Source of the DNA: Deltaproteobacteria bacterium | GTDB lineage: Bacteria; Myxococcota_A; UBA796; JAFGLY01 | Assembly: GCA_016927815.1 (NCBI GenBank) | Contig: JAFGLY010000170.1 | Coordinates: 4,740-68,739 of the forward strand | Direction of reading: 5' to 3' | DNA length: 64,000 nucleotides | In this document: in pieces, positions 60,204-64,000 of the stretch | How positions within the stretch are numbered: position 1 is the stretch's first letter | How the letters are laid out: each line of letters begins with the position of its first letter | Position numbers and translations under genes: made by a program | Notes under the pieces: generated by a model | The model's input: the letters and a program-made list of their open reading frames with translations, nothing else | Databases searched by the model: none | What the model was told of the DNA's origin: nothing

Positions 60204-60330
60204 AAGATGGGTCTCGGGAGGGTCGCTCGGATTCCGGGGGCACCCTATTGCCCCGGCGGAGGTCCGATGTCGAGGACCGCCGCTGGACGGGTGCGGTTAG
60301 GTCCTTCGGGTCCCTTGCCACGGAGGCCTC

Positions 60331-60594
60331 ATGCCGGCCACCACCTTCGACGAAGCCGTGACGCTCTCACGGACCCTCCCTGCGCCTCAGCCCCCCGAGG
60401 TGCTCCTCGCCCTGTACGGCCTCTTCAAGCAGGCCACAGAGGGCGACGTGAGCGGAGGACGACCCGGGGCGTTCGACTTCAAGGGCCGTGCCAAGTGGGA
60501 CGCCTGGGCCGCCCACCGAGGCCTGGGCACCGACGCGGCGAAGGCCGCCTACGTCGCGTTCGTCAACCAGCACCTCGAGGCAGCGAAGCGGTAG
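60331..60594 (+). CDS. Acyl-CoA-binding protein (ACBP/DBI family)
   Basis: LLALYGLFKQATEGDV...PGAFDFKGRAKWDAWAAHRGLGTDAAKAAY matches the ACBP signature (YxxxKQAxxGD...KWDAW). 87 aa. Confidence 0.8.
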   Translation: MPATTFDEAVTLSRTLPAPQPPEVLLALYGLFKQATEGDVSGGRPGAFDFKGRAKWDAWAAHRGLGTDAAKAAYVAFVNQHLEAAKR

Positions 60595-60653
60595 AGCGCA
60601 ACACCGCCTGGCGCCGCTGGATCGATTGCGGCACGTCTCTCGAAGGAGGATCC

Positions 60654-61160
60654 ATGGCGTCGTCCCCCGTCACGCAGGCGATCGAGAAGGCCATCGAGGC
60701 CGAGATCGAGGGGCACCACTTCTACCGGATGGCCGCCGGGGCCACGACCGATCCCCGGGGACGGGAGGTCTTCGAGACCCTCGCCGCCGAGGAGATGCGA
60801 CACGCGGACTACCTCCGTGCCCAGCACCGCGCTCTGATCGACACGGGCCGGGTGGACGCCTCCGCGAGCCTCGGCGACGCGTTCCCCCTCACGGGGTCGA
60901 GCCCCATCTTCTCGGAACGGCTCAAGGCCAGGGTGACGCAGGCCCACTTCGAGATGACGGCGCTCACCATCGGAATCCAACTCGAGGCCGACGCCGAGGC
61001 GTTCTACCGGCGCTCCGCCGAGACGGCCGAGGACCCTGAGGTGAAGGCGTTCTTGCTGCGCCTCGCCGAGTGGGAGTCGGGCCACTACCATGGGCTTCTC
61101 GCCCAGCAGCAGGCGCTGCAGGAGGACTACTGGGCGGCCAACCGATTCGCGCCGTTCTGA
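60654..61160 (+). CDS. Ferritin-like/rubrerythrin-type diiron protein
   Basis: Two E-x(n)-E-x2-H half-sites (EAEIEGHHFY...AAEEMRHADYL and QLEADAEAFY...AEWESGHYHGL). ATG at 60654 preceded by GAAGGAGGATCC. Confidence 0.7.
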   Translation: MASSPVTQAIEKAIEAEIEGHHFYRMAAGATTDPRGREVFETLAAEEMRHADYLRAQHRALIDTGRVDASASLGDAFPLTGSSPIFSERLKARVTQAHFEMTALTIGIQLEADAEAFYRRSAETAEDPEVKAFLLRLAEWESGHYHGLLAQQQALQEDYWAANRFAPF

Positions 61161-61162
61161 TA

Positions 61163-61178
61163 GGCTGTAGACTGTAGG
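61163..61178 (+). repeat. Two tandem heptamers GGCTGTAG-ACTGTAGG, 2 nt after the diiron-protein stop
   Basis: Exact 16-mer match to the minus strand of 39994-40009. G-rich GGGAGG repeats follow at both loci. Confidence 0.8.
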
Positions 61179-61227
61179 CGGGAGGCGGGAGTGTTGCGGG
61201 ACGAAACGCCCGTCGACGGGGTTCTTC

Positions 61228-62346
61228 TCACCACCCACGCGCCAGGGACCAGGTGACCTCCACGCGACCTCGACGGACCCCGTGGATCCGCTCGTGGCAG
61301 GCCACCGCGAGGCAGGCGTGGTTGGGGATCACCCGGACGCGAGAGCCCCAGGGAAGGAGGCCGTGCGTCAGGGGGCCGTGGACGACGGCATGCTCCTGGG
61401 TGAGGCCCACGAGGCGGAAGGCGGGGATCGGGGCTCCGGCGAGGTCGAGGAGCACCCCGAAACCGCAGTCCGGATCCACGTGTCGGGGACCGGGGTCGGC
61501 CGAGAGGGCCAGCGTGCCGGCGTCGAGCACCGCGGCGTCGCGAGCCGGGTGGCGCCCGATCACGGTGGCCATCACGGACACCGCGCAGTCGGCGAGGCCG
61601 CACGTGCCCACGGCGACCTGGAAGGCATCGTGGTAGACGGAATTGCCCGGACGAATCTCGGTGACCCCCACGAGGTGGTCCACGGCCGCGACCGTGGGGG
61701 TGGAGCCGACGCTCACGACCGGCACCTCCAAGCCGGCCCTGCGCAGCCTGTCGGCGAACGCCACGGTCTCGTCGCGCTCGTGGGCCGCCACCCCGGCGGC
61801 TTCGGCGCGGGAGCGACACCGGTAGGCGTGGCCGGCATGGGCCAGCACGCCTGCGAAGCGGAGGTGGGGGGCGGTGGCGATGGCTACGGCGAGATCGATC
61901 GCAGCGGGATCCAGGGGGTCGACCCCCGCACGGTGGGCGCCGCAGTCCACCTTGAGGAGCACGCTCGCGCTGCGGGCGGCCGCGTCGAGGGTCGTGACCG
62001 CGTCGGGATGGTCCGCGACGAGGTGGAGCGCACCCCCGCCCACCGCGAGGTCGGCGGCGAGGTCGAGCGCCTCGCCGACTCGGGAAACCGGGACGGGCAA
62101 GGCCCAGGTGAGATCCTGTACCCCAGCTGCGGCAAAGGCCCGCACCTCGGCCAGGGTGGATGCGGTCAGGCCCACCGCGCCGGCCAGGAGTTGCATCCGG
62201 GCGATCTCGGGGCACTTGTGCGTCTTTCCGTGGGGCCGCCAGGCCACCTCGAGATCCCGGGCCCGGGCCGAGGCGTGGGCGATGTTGGCCTCGAGCACGT
62301 CCAGATCCACCAGGAGCGCGGGGGTGGGCAGGTCGGTGAGGCGCAC
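61228..62346 (-). CDS. PLP-dependent D-serine dehydratase-like / D-threonine aldolase-like enzyme (alanine-racemase-N fold, COG3616 type)
   Basis: N-terminal PTPALLVDLDVLEANI and PLP-lysine motif RPHGKTHK. C-terminal LTQEHAVV...IPNHACL. Confidence 0.75.
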   Translation of the reverse strand: MRLTDLPTPALLVDLDVLEANIAHASARARDLEVAWRPHGKTHKCPEIARMQLLAGAVGLTASTLAEVRAFAAAGVQDLTWALPVPVSRVGEALDLAADLAVGGGALHLVADHPDAVTTLDAAARSASVLLKVDCGAHRAGVDPLDPAAIDLAVAIATAPHLRFAGVLAHAGHAYRCRSRAEAAGVAAHERDETVAFADRLRRAGLEVPVVSVGSTPTVAAVDHLVGVTEIRPGNSVYHDAFQVAVGTCGLADCAVSVMATVIGRHPARDAAVLDAGTLALSADPGPRHVDPDCGFGVLLDLAGAPIPAFRLVGLTQEHAVVHGPLTHGLLPWGSRVRVIPNHACLAVACHERIHGVRRGRVEVTWSLARGW

Positions 62347-62480
62347 GGATCAGACCTTCGTGAGGGCACCCGTACGCAAGCAGGCCGTGCGCACGAGGGC
62401 GTCGGACACGAGGGGAAGGTATCCGTCCGCGAACCTCGACCGGAGGGGGTTACATCCCCGCCCCCTCCAGGCGTGTCGAC

Positions 62481-63755
62481 ATGACCGGATCCGACCTGCC
62501 CCTGCTCCTCACCCCGATCCCCGGCCCCCGATCGCAGGGCTGGGTGGATCGCCTCTCCCAGCGCGAGTGCCCGGCCATCACCGCCCGCCGGGCGCGCCGG
62601 GCCGCGCTCCTCGGCCGGGCCGACGACGACCCTCCCGTGTGGGTCGCTGCGCGTGGCTGCAACGTGGAAGATGTCGACGGGAACGTGCTCGTGGACCTCA
62701 CGGCGGGCTTCGGGGCGGCGCTGGTGGGCCACGCCCATCCGGACGTGGTGTCCGCGGCGCAGGACCAGGTCCAGGTGCTGGTCCACGCCATGGGCGACGC
62801 CTTCTTCCATCCGGGGCGCGTGCGGCTCCTGGAGCGGATCGCCGAGATCACCGGTCTCGATCGGTCCATCCTGGGGTGCTCGGGCTCAGACGCCGTGGAC
62901 GCGGCCTTGAAGACGGCCCGCGTCGCCACGGGACGCGACCGGGTGCTGGCCTTCGAGGGGGCCTACCACGGCCTGTCCTCCAGCGTGCTCGCAGCCACGG
63001 CCTTCATGGCACCCGCCATGCGCGCGCCGTTTCAGAACATGCTGGGGCACCACGTCACCCACGTCCCGTTCGGTGGTGAACTGCCCCCGCTCGAGGGGTT
63101 CGCGGCCGTCCTGCTCGAACCCATCCAGGGTCGGGGCGGCGTGAACGTCCCTCCTACCGGATGGCTGGAGACGGTCGCACGTCGCACCCGCGAAGCCGGG
63201 GCACTGCTCGTCTTGGACGAGGTCTTCACGGGATTGGGGCGATGCGGTGCGTGGTCGCTCGGTCGCTCCTGGGGCGTCCTCCCCGACCTGTTGTGCATCG
63301 GCAAGGGGCTCGCCGACGGCTTCCCGATCTCGGCGTGCGTGGGCACGGCCGCGGTCATGGACGCGTGGGGCGCCTCCACGGGGCCTGCGCTTCACACGCA
63401 GACGTTTCTGGGCCAGCCGGTGGGGTGCGCCATGGCGCTCGCCACGCTCAACGTGCTGGAACGCGAGGATCTTCCGGCCCGAGCAGCGGCCGTGGGAACG
63501 CGTTTCATGGAGGCGCTGCGCGCCGTGCCCGGCGTGCGGGCCGTGCGTGGCCGAGGCCTTCTGGTCGGGGCGGTCCTGGCAGACGGTCGCACCGCGCTCG
63601 CTGCGAGCCGTGCGCTCTTGCGGCGGGGGTGGATCGTGCTGCCGGCCGGTGAGCGGGGCGACGTGCTCGAGTTCACCCCTCCCCTCACGATCCCGACCGC
63701 GCTGCTCGACGCCGCCGTGGAGGCGCTCACCGAGGTCCTCCGGGAGGGCCCGTGA
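62481..63755 (+). CDS. Class III (acetylornithine/GABA-type) PLP aminotransferase
   Basis: DLTAGFGAALVGHAHPDV, GSDAVDAALK, LVLDEVFTGLGRCG, PLP lysine in LLCIGKGLADG. 424 aa. Confidence 0.85.
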   Translation: MTGSDLPLLLTPIPGPRSQGWVDRLSQRECPAITARRARRAALLGRADDDPPVWVAARGCNVEDVDGNVLVDLTAGFGAALVGHAHPDVVSAAQDQVQVLVHAMGDAFFHPGRVRLLERIAEITGLDRSILGCSGSDAVDAALKTARVATGRDRVLAFEGAYHGLSSSVLAATAFMAPAMRAPFQNMLGHHVTHVPFGGELPPLEGFAAVLLEPIQGRGGVNVPPTGWLETVARRTREAGALLVLDEVFTGLGRCGAWSLGRSWGVLPDLLCIGKGLADGFPISACVGTAAVMDAWGASTGPALHTQTFLGQPVGCAMALATLNVLEREDLPARAAAVGTRFMEALRAVPGVRAVRGRGLLVGAVLADGRTALAASRALLRRGWIVLPAGERGDVLEFTPPLTIPTALLDAAVEALTEVLREGP

Positions 63756-63777
63756 GGACACACCGCCGGAGACCCAG

Positions 63778-64000
63778 GTGACGGACCGCGTCCTCGCCTT
63801 CCTCCGCGCCTGCCTGGGGCCCGTGCCTCCCGGCCCGGACGACGTGGAGGCCGAGGCCCTCGCCCTCTACCACTGGCAGGTGACGCGTTCGCCCGCGTAT
63901 GCGTCGTTTGCGGCCGGCAGGCAGCCGAGGTCCCTTGACGAGATCCCTGCCGTTCCCGTCGCGCTCCTCCGGGACGTGCCCTTCACCTGCTTCCCTCCGA
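63778..64000 (+). CDS. Partial (5' end only) LuxE-like acyl-protein synthetase / adenylate-forming enzyme
   Basis: GTG at 63778 preceded by GGAGA. The frame is open to the window edge. EALALYHWQVTRSPAYASFAAGRQPRSLDEIPAVPVALLRDVPF resembles the LuxE-family N-terminus (F..Q...n..Y..f.......s...IP.lP...FK). It is absent from the ORF track because it has no stop. Confidence 0.4.
   Translation, partial: MTDRVLAFLRACLGPVPPGPDDVEAEALALYHWQVTRSPAYASFAAGRQPRSLDEIPAVPVALLRDVPFTCFPP

Noticed and set aside
57826-60321. 831-aa minus-strand ORF spanning the typA region.
   Set aside because: Only its last 184 codons (from GTG 58380) encode a recognisable protein, the DEDDh exonuclease. The upstream part is an out-of-frame shadow of typA. 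The same kind of false N-terminal extension was trimmed from the track ORFs 1616-3688, 2539-4029, 6362-8065, 11164-12519, 15078-16316, 15590-18136, 25150-26658, 28736-30463, 41948-43627, 49243-50514 and 58524-61160.

Overview
Very GC-rich (by eye about two-thirds to 70% G+C, not computed), gene-dense chromosomal segment with about 55 protein-coding genes. By eye I found no rRNA, tRNA, CRISPR array, transposase or prophage genes. The gene repertoire looks Myxococcota-like: Ser/Thr kinase, giant TPR proteins, ECF sigma, FecR-like protein, MopE-type and lamin-tail lipoproteins. This lineage call is inference only. Coordinates follow the supplied ORF track, adjusted in steps of 3 to the start codon I prefer. 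My base-level reading occasionally disagreed with the track by 1 nt, so motif coordinates are +/-1. Many track ORFs carry false N-terminal extensions, and the track translates GTG/TTG starts as M. Layout: 0.9-12.6 kb is a minus-strand housekeeping string (nth, xerD, amidase, mutS, rsmB, dsbA-like, lapA-like, rpsA, cmk). 12.8-15.1 kb holds a Ser/Thr kinase and mazG. 15.1-26.3 kb is a tightly coupled seven-gene envelope/sensor operon. 26.4-64 kb is mixed-strand housekeeping and envelope genes (manC, trmL, grpE, ECF module, a 1722-aa TPR protein, alr, coaC, lgt, class I fumarase, hslO, dsbD/scsB-like, mpl, terC, typA, a PLP-enzyme cluster). Main hunt results: (1) a strong candidate dif site at about 867-894, 0.7 kb from xerD and flanked by converging GGGCAGGG octamers, which implies the replication terminus lies here. 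(2) The 11-kb operon at 15078-26319 links three histidine kinases (one with a degenerate ATPase domain) and a single receiver to a FecR-like protein, an Ig-repeat protein with a C-terminal beta-barrel, and a 1191-aa Ig-repeat lipoprotein. It has no output regulator and I cannot assign it to any named system. (3) An exact 16-nt tandem-heptamer motif is shared by two intergenic regions 21 kb apart. (4) trmL has no canonical start codon. (5) Two lipoprotein genes lie back to back sharing CATG at their starts. (6) Sharp A/T-ending codon islands sit inside otherwise GC3-saturated genes. (7) rpsA carries a 13-unit, 12-nt tandem repeat that adds an (EPVV)n tail to ribosomal protein S1.
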